DNA of 64,000 bases from a virus. Lineage: Duplodnaviria > Caudoviricetes. The position numbers were made by a program, and so were the translations under genes. The stretch covers positions 59,840 through 123,839 of the IMG/VR virus record IMGVR_UViG_3300031994_000035; one strand, 5' to 3'. Positions 9,731 through 18,515 of this stretch are shown in pieces. The first letter of the stretch is position 1; the number at the start of each line of letters is the position of its first letter. The notes below the pieces were generated by a model. It was not told the DNA's origin and did not search any database. It worked only from the letters and a program-made list of their open reading frames with translations.

Positions 9731-9931
9731 ATGATAGCGTTAATTATAATTGGATATTTGATAGGATTTGTCATCACATTGAAATTATTTAAAAGGGCAT
9801 TTCCAAGCAATGACAATAATGATGATAAGATGTTTTTTACATTGGCTGGAATACTCTTTCCAATCACATTAGTTTTTGTTACGATGGTTTACATTTGGCG
9901 TTTATTAATTAAATTTTATGACTGGCTATGA
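9731..9931 (+). CDS. Small membrane protein (2 TM)
   Basis: Two hydrophobic segments; ATGA overlap with the next gene. Confidence 0.7.
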   Translation: MIALIIIGYLIGFVITLKLFKRAFPSNDNNDDKMFFTLAGILFPITLVFVTMVYIWRLLIKFYDWL

Positions 9932-10263
9932 CAGACGAAAAAATATCAATATCATTCAAAGACAGGGAAGTCATTATAGCGGCGGCATACAAGGTAAAGC
10001 CTGAATATGTATGCAATGACGGCGGCGTTTATAAGACAGGTACTCGGGAACGTGACGATATTTACCGCTGCAGGATAGGCCGTCATCATGCCGAAATCCT
10101 GCATATTTTCGAGGACGAGGTTGACGAATTTTCAGACGGATTCTACACTTCTTATGGAAGATGGGTTGGCAGGAAGGAGGCTGCTGAAATCGCCCTTGCG
10201 GCAGGCCAGTGCAAGAAGCCTCTGATTATGGGAGACATGCTGGACAGCAGCGACATATTTTAA
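9928..10263 (+). CDS. Conserved phage hypothetical (GRHH...GFYTS.GRWV.R.EA)
   Basis: Motif pattern typical of a widespread small phage protein. Confidence 0.7.
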   Translation: MTDEKISISFKDREVIIAAAYKVKPEYVCNDGGVYKTGTRERDDIYRCRIGRHHAEILHIFEDEVDEFSDGFYTSYGRWVGRKEAAEIALAAGQCKKPLIMGDMLDSSDIF

Positions 10264-10411
10264 AATAGACAAAATGACAGGACATGAAAAACACGGATTT
10301 TATAAAGTTCATTATTTGCTGGCTTTTTAATTTAGGGCTGGTTTATTTAACGGCAATTTCTTTAGTAGAATACATATTTTAAATAATTATAATAGATAAG
10401 GAGATAGACAT

Positions 10412-10693
10412 ATGACACAGGAACAGGCACTAAATGTAATAAAAAAGTATGTAGGGGATCAATGGAATGACGTTGATTACTTCACATCATATCCTATAAA
10501 GGCGACTTTTCCAGACGTACCTATAAGCGTGAGGGCTGATTACCAGTTCATCAATGGCGGACAAATATGGGGTATTGTATTCTGCACATCCACATATAAT
10601 AGGTGGGGTGAAAGTGATTCAAATGATATTTGCTTCTGCGATACAGAGAAAAAGGCAGATGTGGTATATGGAACAATAAAATATAGGGGATAG
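10412..10693 (+). CDS. Hypothetical protein
   Basis: 93-aa ORF. Confidence 0.65.
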   Translation: MTQEQALNVIKKYVGDQWNDVDYFTSYPIKATFPDVPISVRADYQFINGGQIWGIVFCTSTYNRWGESDSNDICFCDTEKKADVVYGTIKYRG

Positions 10694-10829
10694 CATGCAA
10701 TTGAAAAATTCACAGGCTGGAAACTAGGAACAAGGCCTTTTCAATACGATTTGTTCATGGAAGTTTCTATCATATTGTTTATTATTTTAAGATTACAATT
10801 AAAATTTAAGTTTTTTAATTTTTACAGAT

Positions 10830-11114
10830 ATGCCCCTAAGAAAAATAACGGAAAAAGAATGTAAGGAACTTTTGTCGCTCGCTGATGACTATTTGGTAAA
10901 AAAGATTTCAGATGAAAACTATGACCAGTCTTTCGCTGCGTTCCTTAACAACAATTTCACAGCCACAGATTTCATATTCACACGCGATTCAGGAGAGAAA
11001 CTTCTTGACATACTGTTGGAGACTGCCGAAAAATATTCAGATTCATTTATTGACGATCCTTCTGAAGAAATCAAATTTGTGACAAACGTCCTTAATGAGA
11101 ATTACTTCATATAA
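10830..11114 (+). CDS. Hypothetical protein
   Basis: ORF after the TTGTTTATTAT motif at 10775. Confidence 0.7.
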   Translation: MPLRKITEKECKELLSLADDYLVKKISDENYDQSFAAFLNNNFTATDFIFTRDSGEKLLDILLETAEKYSDSFIDDPSEEIKFVTNVLNENYFI

Positions 11115-11117
11115 TTT

Positions 11118-11590
11118 TTAATAGTGGAAAGTCGGCACCTGTTCCCAATATTCGTCCTTGCCTGATTCCCATCTTGAAATATATGTTTTTCCATTCCAGT
11201 CCACCCGTATAGGCAATAGTTTTTCAGAATTCCATTTTTTTGAAAACCAGTCGGTATACCAATATGTTCCTCCCCAACGGCTGTATGCTATTCCTGATAC
11301 TTCCGTTATATCGAAATTCTCGTTTCTGTGAACCTCAATTTCAACATTTATAAACGAGGCCCGCCGGCCGCATTGTCTGTCTATAGAATCATTGAAATTC
11401 CCGTGAAGACGAAGTCTGCATTTATGCCAGCCATCATTTAATTCATCCGCATACTCTTTATAAAATTCATCAACTGTACCATATGTCACCTGTCCGTAGA
11501 ACATATAAGGATGCTTTTGATTTGAATGGTATTTGAATCGGGATTGCCGTTTTCATTCAGAAATTCAAAATATGTTTTCAAGTTTTCCAT
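11118..11590 (-). pseudogene. Frameshifted putative internal head protein (MENLKTYFEFLNE, then a frame change into ORF 11504-11118)
   Basis: ATG at 11590 lies after TATAAATA (11632-11625); adding one A to the A4 run (plus strand 11550-53) fuses the leader to the 128-aa ORF. Confidence 0.6.
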
Positions 11591-11639
11591 AAACGAAATA
11601 TAAAGTAAATAATTAAACTCATAATATTTATATAAAATT

Positions 11640-12075
11640 AATACCTGTAATTACATAACGAAATATAAAATCCCTTTAATCCATTCCAACCTCCTGACAA
11701 GGAAATTCCAATATGTTATAATATCGCATATCCGTAGATTAAGACATTATGGCATTATAAAATGACCCAAATATATTCAGGCCTATTTTACAATTTATAT
11801 ATAATACTTAAATAATATCCGTAATAATATACCTATAATAATATTACAATATCCCCATGCACCCGACTATAATTATCATCAGCCTTTCACTATAATATTA
11901 TCATAATATTATTACAATATACTGTATAATATCCTAAATGATTTCTTTACAATATTGTTATATTATTTCATATATTATCTATTATTATTCATATATGCAT
12001 ATATAACGGCTTATCATTAATATCGGATTTTCAATTAAAAATTCAAGAAAACTGATTAAAAACTTTGAATTTTTC
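11640..12075. other. AT-rich non-coding block with ATAATATTA/TTACAATAT repeats; candidate origin
   Basis: No ORFs; lies between divergent late promoters. Confidence 0.4.
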
Positions 12076-12083
12076 TATAAATA
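12076..12083 (+). promoter_or_regulatory. T4-type late promoter TATAAATA (also + 14973, 16562, 42490, 46124, 47769, 49391; - 8642, 11632, 31794, 39413)
   Basis: Exact octamer, mostly 20-60 nt upstream of structural, lysis or internal-protein genes. Confidence 0.7.
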
Positions 12084-12139
12084 TATAAAGAACAGTTTTA
12101 GACATTATATTAGTAATTCATAATTAAAATTATAGAGAC

Positions 12140-14236
12140 ATGCTTTACAGGTCGAAGATAGAGGTAAGAAAATTCTCATCTAAATACAAGATTGTAACAC
12201 CTTCCAAGCCCTTGCAGGACAAAGGTCTAGAAAGAACTAAAATAATTACCAAGCCTTACAGGGCCGAAGTAATAAAGCCATTACGCATAGGAAACAGACC
12301 TATAGAAAAAAATGACGAAAATATTCCCGGAACTTTAAAAATGCATAATATAGGCGATTTACGTCCATGGAAGGAACTGAAACCCCTGACAGCCCCTGAC
12401 AGGTACACGGGATCGGAATACAGGAAAATACATGTCATACACTGGTGGTACACTGACAGAACCTGCCAGGACCTGACAGAGATTGAGAAGTTCCATTTCG
12501 CGATGCTGAACCTTTCAGACTTCGACAACAAGTTTGACGAAATTTATTTTTCAGTGGCCGTCAGCCCGTCAGTCCTGAAAGGAATGAAAGATTCGAAAGA
12601 CCCTGACAGCATGCAAGACCCTGACAGCCCCGTCAGTCCCTCCGGTTCTGAAAGGGATTTCATAATTAAAAGCATAAAGGAGCTGACAGGGCATGGCAGG
12701 GCCGCGGTCTATGTGAAGTTCATAGAGAACTCATCTACTCTCGGCGAATACGAATCTTGGAAAAATATTTTCTCCCTGATAGACCCGTCAGACCCTGCAG
12801 GACCTGAAAGAGATTACCGGGATTCCAAATGCACAGTAATCAAAAAAATTCCCGTACATAACAATACCGGACATGATATTATAGAATCTAATATTACTGA
12901 AAACCCGGAGGCCGAATTGGTTTCAATCCCTCCTCTCTTCGAGGGGTTTGAGGAGCTGAAGCCCATGACATGGATTCATAAAAACAGAAAGGACGGATTC
13001 AAGTGGGATGAATATAAAAACCGGAACGTGATTTCATTCTATTCGCACTTCAAAGGGGCGAAGTACCTTCAGGAGCCGGCAAGGGTGGAGGACGTGAAGT
13101 ACTGGAGCTACATAATGTACAAGTCGCTCATATATTCCGAACCGGCGTGGAAGGAGTCACTGATGAACCTGAAAGAGAACAGGAGCCGCTGCGCAATCCT
13201 GCAGGGAGGAGTGGGACGCAGGTATGAAACACTGCTCAACTACTACCAGAAGACAATCTGTCCAGAGATGAAAATGACAGACCTGCATATGGCGGGAACC
13301 TTCTATTTCTATAATACCGGACTGATTAAAAAATACTATAATGATAATAAACTGTATCCGTCCCTGAAAGGACTGGAGGGGCAGCTGACCCATGTGTCCG
13401 AGTTCTGTTCATGCTTCCTGGCAGGAAATGACGTATCTGCCGCGGTGCCGGAGGCGAACGGACTTGACAAGTACCATATGTTCACAAGGAAAAATCTTTT
13501 AGGATTTTATAACGAATACCTGACGGAGGCCGACAGGTGGGCAGACTCTAAAATGGATTCCGTCATCTATACTGTCGGGAAGTCGACCGACAGCTTCATA
13601 TACATGAAGGATAATGATCCTTTGAGGGAGAAGTTCCTGATTGACGAAAGCCGTGAAGGCGACAACATAGACGACAGGAACTCCGTGTACTGCGAACTGA
13701 CGGGGCTCTACATGCTATGGAAGGACAGGAGGGAATGGAAGGGGCTCGACCACTACAGGAGGTGCATGATGAAGGACGGGCAGCCGGTATCCAACTTCGA
13801 CATCATGCTTGCAAGGAACAAGGGATACAGGGCGCTGCTCGCGAGGTACGACATGCCCTTCGCGAACGGCAGGACGCTTGAGGAGGCGAACACGAGGCTG
13901 ATGTTCCCTGATATCATAAGGGAGAGACTTGTTCCCATACTCGACAAAAGGAACGGATTCGGCTCGTGGTTCATGGAATGGATCAGTAGGAAGACCCTGA
14001 GGGAGGCGTGCTTCTGCAACATGATGGTCGCCGAAAGGGAAGTTGCAGACGAGTACTGTTCATTGCTGTTCCCCTCGCTCGACGAGTTCTGGAAGGAATG
14101 CAGGGACGAAATCCCTCCAAGGCTTTTAGGCTACACGACGGAGACGATGTTCCAGGCATGGCTGGAATGGAAGGGGATTCCATATGACCCTTCATACACC
14201 ATAGTGACCACAAAGTACGCCAAATACAGGAAATAA
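12140..14236 (+). CDS. Multidomain glycosyltransferase with C-terminal DUF4422 (GT111-like) domain
   Basis: GDNIDDRNSVYCELTGLYMLWK...GLDHYRR...CNMMV...LFP...RLLGY..E is the DUF4422 pattern; central YSHFKG...W...M domain. Confidence 0.75.
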   Translation: MLYRSKIEVRKFSSKYKIVTPSKPLQDKGLERTKIITKPYRAEVIKPLRIGNRPIEKNDENIPGTLKMHNIGDLRPWKELKPLTAPDRYTGSEYRKIHVIHWWYTDRTCQDLTEIEKFHFAMLNLSDFDNKFDEIYFSVAVSPSVLKGMKDSKDPDSMQDPDSPVSPSGSERDFIIKSIKELTGHGRAAVYVKFIENSSTLGEYESWKNIFSLIDPSDPAGPERDYRDSKCTVIKKIPVHNNTGHDIIESNITENPEAELVSIPPLFEGFEELKPMTWIHKNRKDGFKWDEYKNRNVISFYSHFKGAKYLQEPARVEDVKYWSYIMYKSLIYSEPAWKESLMNLKENRSRCAILQGGVGRRYETLLNYYQKTICPEMKMTDLHMAGTFYFYNTGLIKKYYNDNKLYPSLKGLEGQLTHVSEFCSCFLAGNDVSAAVPEANGLDKYHMFTRKNLLGFYNEYLTEADRWADSKMDSVIYTVGKSTDSFIYMKDNDPLREKFLIDESREGDNIDDRNSVYCELTGLYMLWKDRREWKGLDHYRRCMMKDGQPVSNFDIMLARNKGYRALLARYDMPFANGRTLEEANTRLMFPDIIRERLVPILDKRNGFGSWFMEWISRKTLREACFCNMMVAEREVADEYCSLLFPSLDEFWKECRDEIPPRLLGYTTETMFQAWLEWKGIPYDPSYTIVTTKYAKYRK

Positions 14237-14271
14237 TATATAATTGTGTGACATGTAAATTGAAAAGCATC

Positions 14272-14940
14272 ATGGCAGGAAATATGACGGACGAAGAAAA
14301 GAACAGCATAGACACCCTCGCGGACATAGCGGCGGACATGGCGAAGTCATCCCAGAACGACGAGATGGTCTTCGAACGTCCTCAGATAATGGGGCAGATA
14401 GCGAAGAAGATGAAGGCCGAAGGGTCGCAGGCCGAGATAAAGGCGAAGAAGCTGATGGACTCCATGTACAAGCAGTACGCAAAGAGCGGCGTCATAGACA
14501 AGAACCAGTACCTGAAGATAAAGTCGCAGGTCTATTCGGCCAACCTTACGACGGTCATCAAGCAGATCTCGATAGCCGAGGAGCTGGTAAACACGATGAT
14601 CGCGTCGCTCGAGATAGACCCGAACCCGAAAATCTTCGACAGCGTTTCGAACTCCCAGAAGACGATAATAGAGCTCGTGAAGCTGGAGCAGCAGCTGATA
14701 GCGGACGCCGAGATAAAGATGAGGGACATGGCTGGCGACATCCCTGACGCAGTCGAGGAGGACAAGCCCGACACCGCCCTTATGTCTTCAAGCAGGCAGC
14801 TTCTGGAGGTCATCAAGAATGTGGTGAAGAACAACGATCCTGAGGAGGACGATCAGGACCACGACGAGGAGGAGCCCGAAAATGTCCCCGGATCCGACGA
14901 CGTTGATGACGTGGAGGAATTCAAGGAGCCTGAGGTCTAG
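14272..14940 (+). CDS. Putative terminase small subunit (T4 gp16-like)
   Basis: Helical; PNPKIFDSV...LMSSSRQLLEVIK resembles the gp16-like HPRxYEV...FVGSTxELxKL pattern; acidic tail. Confidence 0.5.
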   Translation: MAGNMTDEEKNSIDTLADIAADMAKSSQNDEMVFERPQIMGQIAKKMKAEGSQAEIKAKKLMDSMYKQYAKSGVIDKNQYLKIKSQVYSANLTTVIKQISIAEELVNTMIASLEIDPNPKIFDSVSNSQKTIIELVKLEQQLIADAEIKMRDMAGDIPDAVEEDKPDTALMSSSRQLLEVIKNVVKNNDPEEDDQDHDEEEPENVPGSDDVDDVEEFKEPEV

Positions 14941-15013
14941 TGAAGGAATTTGCAGACATCAAACCGGAATTATATAAATATTAATGATTGTTTATTATTT
15001 AAAAAAATTATAT

Positions 15014-15721
15014 ATGGAAAACCTGAAGACATTTGACGAGTGCATGCGCGCCTACAATGAAGGGTTAGGATCAGCAAAGACTTTTGCAGACCTCAAAGAA
15101 GGCGACAGCCTGTACATCTGGTACATGGGTAAAATGAAGAATCCGATGAAGCTAAAGGTGTTGGATTCAAAAATCGGTGAATGGAAAATAAACATAACAG
15201 TAAATAAAAATATAGAGGACTTTAAATATGATAACAAAAATGTCGTCAGTTTTAATTCCGACTATAAGTCATCAACGACATATTTCGATAATGACAACAT
15301 ACGGGGACTTGTTTTTATAAGTACGAATGAAAAAGATTTTTTAGATGAATTGAAGGCGCGTTTCATAAAAGCGCCTATAATAGAAGATGAGAGTGAAGAG
15401 AATCTGAATAAAGAACTCTTACCTTTCACCAAAGAAGAAGGAAAGAAACTGCATGCTGATTTTTTAGAGCTTGCAGACGCTTTGGAGGCGTCATGTAGTA
15501 AAAATCCTTCAGATCCCTGTAATGACGAAAAGAAGAAACTTGCTGACGAAATCTACAGCCATACGAACAAGGATACTTTTCTGTTAATCCTTCCATACAC
15601 TGAAATCATAGTAGGCCTGTATAAAAGAGGAAAGGAGATATGCAAGAAGTATAACATCAAATTTCCGGATTTCAACAAAGATACGATAGTGAAAATTGTT
15701 CAAGAACTTCCACTTTTCTGA
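15014..15721 (+). CDS. Putative internal head protein (MENLKTFDE...YNE)
   Basis: Late promoter at 14973; ATG 15014; C-terminal domain duplicated in the next gene. Confidence 0.65.
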   Translation: MENLKTFDECMRAYNEGLGSAKTFADLKEGDSLYIWYMGKMKNPMKLKVLDSKIGEWKINITVNKNIEDFKYDNKNVVSFNSDYKSSTTYFDNDNIRGLVFISTNEKDFLDELKARFIKAPIIEDESEENLNKELLPFTKEEGKKLHADFLELADALEASCSKNPSDPCNDEKKKLADEIYSHTNKDTFLLILPYTEIIVGLYKRGKEICKKYNIKFPDFNKDTIVKIVQELPLF

Positions 15722-15765
15722 TACAGGATGCACCCGCGTAAATTAAATACTAAATTATAAAGATT

Positions 15766-16482
15766 ATGGAAAGCCTAAAGACATTCAATCAATATATTCG
15801 TGAAAGCGTGTTTCCTTTCAATAATTTCACTAAAGAAGAAGGAAAGAAACTGCATGCAGACTTTTTAGAGCTTGCAGACGCTTTGGAGGCTTCATGCCGT
15901 AAAAATCCTTCAGATCCAGGTAATGCTGAAAAGAAGAAACTTGCTGACGAAATCTACGACCATACAAATCGTGACACTTTCTTGTTAATCCTTCCATACA
16001 CTGAAATCATAGCAGGCCTGTATGAAAGAGGAAAAGAGATGTGTAAGAAATATAATATCAAATTCCCGGATTTCCGAGGGGACACGATAACGAAGATTGT
16101 TCAAGAACTTCCGCATAAGTCAGGCAAGCCCCGTGACAAATGGGTTGAAAAATTCCAAGACATAACTATGGTGCCGCTCCGCTATATGTCCAATAGATTC
16201 GACGCATCCGACACATGGGACACATATGGTTATTATGACAAACCTGCAAGCGAGAATCCTGCAAAACCTATGCTGATGTTCGAATTTTCGGATACAGGAT
16301 ATGTCCGTATCAGCAGAGGTGGAGACTATTTGGTAATTGATGAAAACGGATGGCGTTTGGAATATCATAATGCTATGAATAACGACGACCTTCCTGAAAT
16401 CCACATAGACAAGGATACCCTTAAAGGAATGCGTCCACGTAAATTGGTTGAAATATTCAAAATAAAGTCAGTGTTCATTTAG
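15766..16482 (+). CDS. Putative internal head protein (MESLKTFNQYIRE)
   Basis: Capsid-targeting-like leader; shares a ~95-aa domain with 15014. Confidence 0.65.
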   Translation: MESLKTFNQYIRESVFPFNNFTKEEGKKLHADFLELADALEASCRKNPSDPGNAEKKKLADEIYDHTNRDTFLLILPYTEIIAGLYERGKEMCKKYNIKFPDFRGDTITKIVQELPHKSGKPRDKWVEKFQDITMVPLRYMSNRFDASDTWDTYGYYDKPASENPAKPMLMFEFSDTGYVRISRGGDYLVIDENGWRLEYHNAMNNDDLPEIHIDKDTLKGMRPRKLVEIFKIKSVFI

Positions 16483-16529
16483 GCTTTCCCGTCCAAATAT
16501 TAAGGACGCCTACATATATCATAATTGTC

Positions 16530-16562
16530 GGAAGAGAGGGTTTTCGAATCCTCTTTTCTTTT
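16530..16562 (+). terminator. Intrinsic terminator
   Basis: GAAGAGAGGGTT-TTCG-AATCCTCTTTTC followed by a T run. Confidence 0.7.
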
Positions 16563-16592
16563 ATAAATATAATAAACAAATATATTAACATT

Positions 16593-16907
16593 ATGGAAAC
16601 TGTAAAGAAATACATCCATTATCTGCTGCTGGCGCTTATGCTGGTGTTCATGACCAAATCATGTACGAAGAACCATCAGATAAAATACCTAAAGACAATT
16701 GTCGAGGATACTGTCAGATTCGAAAAAACAATAATCGACAGCCTTGAAGGAGTAATCTCGGAAAGGGATACATATATCATAGGCCTTGAAAACCGGCATG
16801 CAATAGACTCGGTCAAGATAGACAACCTTGAAAAACAAAAACCGACGGTCATCAACAACTCATATACCAGAATATATCAGTCAAAAGACACGACTGCAAA
16901 AAACTAA
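16593..16907 (+). CDS. Membrane-anchored coiled-coil protein (spanin-like?)
   Basis: N-terminal TM ending in KSC, then coiled coil; late promoter at 16562. Confidence 0.5.
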   Translation: METVKKYIHYLLLALMLVFMTKSCTKNHQIKYLKTIVEDTVRFEKTIIDSLEGVISERDTYIIGLENRHAIDSVKIDNLEKQKPTVINNSYTRIYQSKDTTAKN

Positions 16908-16913
16908 CAGGAA

Positions 16914-18467
16914 ATGGTCAACATAGAACAAATCGATTTAATAAAGAAAGCCAACGCGGCATTTAAGGATTCGTTGTTTCATCCATTCGCTGGATTCACG
17001 GCGAACTCGACGTATGTAAGGAACGACGGCGCAGGCGCTCTTGCAAAGCGAAACAGACTGAACAAGTTCGTCAATGACATACGTTACAGTGATCCGTTGT
17101 TGATGGGTTTTTCTTTAAAGATCGATTTCTATAATTCACCGTTGTTCAGGACGATGGGTGTGTTCGACAGAGGCGATATCGATTACAGTGACAAGGGTGC
17201 GTTCACAGCCGCCAAGATTCTTGTAGAGATTGAAGACTCGCTTAGTAAGTTCGACAAGCTTTCTGAGACTTCGTTTACATCAGTGGGACCGATATCAGGC
17301 GTTCATGAAAGAAGGGTGTTCGATGAAATGTACGGCGCTATAGAATATCTGTACCTGTCAGACTCGTGGAAGCTTAAAAAAGACAAACCTCAGGCAGACA
17401 ATAACACAGGCAATAAGAAAAACCAACAAAGCCTGGAGGATCTCATAGACAGGCTCCGTACTGAAAAAACCGATAAGGAAAAGATAATTAATGCCGATAA
17501 TGAAAAAATAGCCGACTATGGGCAACGTCTTGAAGAAGAGTATCAGAATGAGAAGAAGAAAGTCATTAAGAACCTTATGAACGCTATGAAAAATAAGCGG
17601 ACAGGCGAACCTAGTCCTAAAAGTGACATGGTTATATACTATGAATCAGAACTTGACAGGCTATATGATGAGGTTGCCAGATATTCGTCAGACATCACTG
17701 TCCTTGAATCAGAGATCCTGCGTCTTGAAATAATGCGTGAGTCTGAAATACGTCAATATGAAAACACCAGACCTTCAATCAATGTAAATCCCTACCAGGA
17801 ACCAATATATCCGGCTCCTACGTCATGTATGAACCTCATCAGGGCATATAAGATTCTTAAGACCTATAACGACCAGAAGCAGTTCATGTTCAGAAAGGTG
17901 TCAGGTATGGAAAACGTGATAAAGGACTATTACGCCGTTGACAAGGCTGAAGCCATAGAACGTACGTTCTCCATAGACATTATGGAAGACGTGAAAATGG
18001 ATACAATACGTATGCTGACATCTTTGTCTGAGGCCATAACCGACACATACTACAAACGTGAGAGAATTCCTGTAAACCTGCAGAAATTCAACATGTCCGT
18101 GTATGTATATGATCTGAGATCATTCCGTAACGCGCTTACAATTACAGGCAGGAACCTGATAGAATTTACAAACAATGTCGAAAATAATTCAAGAAAGCCT
18201 GTTGTTCAAGAATCAGACAAGTCCCAGATTAACCAATACCTGTTGAAGCTCGCGTCAGAACACATATCGGTATTGGAGCTGTACTTCACAGGATGCCGCA
18301 TGAAGGATTTCCAATTCGGCGGGATAAATGATATTAACTCTGAAACAGTACCTAACGCCTCACCGAACCATACGGTAAATTTCGTATATGATACCGTCGA
18401 TGTCAACCCTGTAATGTTTGAAGACCTTAACAGTCTTTTCAACATTATACATAGTGAAGTCCAATAA
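16914..18467 (+). CDS. Putative virion structural protein with central coiled coil
   Basis: 517 aa in a late operon; function inferred from context only. Confidence 0.45.
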   Translation: MVNIEQIDLIKKANAAFKDSLFHPFAGFTANSTYVRNDGAGALAKRNRLNKFVNDIRYSDPLLMGFSLKIDFYNSPLFRTMGVFDRGDIDYSDKGAFTAAKILVEIEDSLSKFDKLSETSFTSVGPISGVHERRVFDEMYGAIEYLYLSDSWKLKKDKPQADNNTGNKKNQQSLEDLIDRLRTEKTDKEKIINADNEKIADYGQRLEEEYQNEKKKVIKNLMNAMKNKRTGEPSPKSDMVIYYESELDRLYDEVARYSSDITVLESEILRLEIMRESEIRQYENTRPSINVNPYQEPIYPAPTSCMNLIRAYKILKTYNDQKQFMFRKVSGMENVIKDYYAVDKAEAIERTFSIDIMEDVKMDTIRMLTSLSEAITDTYYKRERIPVNLQKFNMSVYVYDLRSFRNALTITGRNLIEFTNNVENNSRKPVVQESDKSQINQYLLKLASEHISVLELYFTGCRMKDFQFGGINDINSETVPNASPNHTVNFVYDTVDVNPVMFEDLNSLFNIIHSEVQ

Positions 18468-18515
18468 ATGTTGTTTAATATAGGTAAATATAATAACTTT
18501 AATATAATTTAGAAC

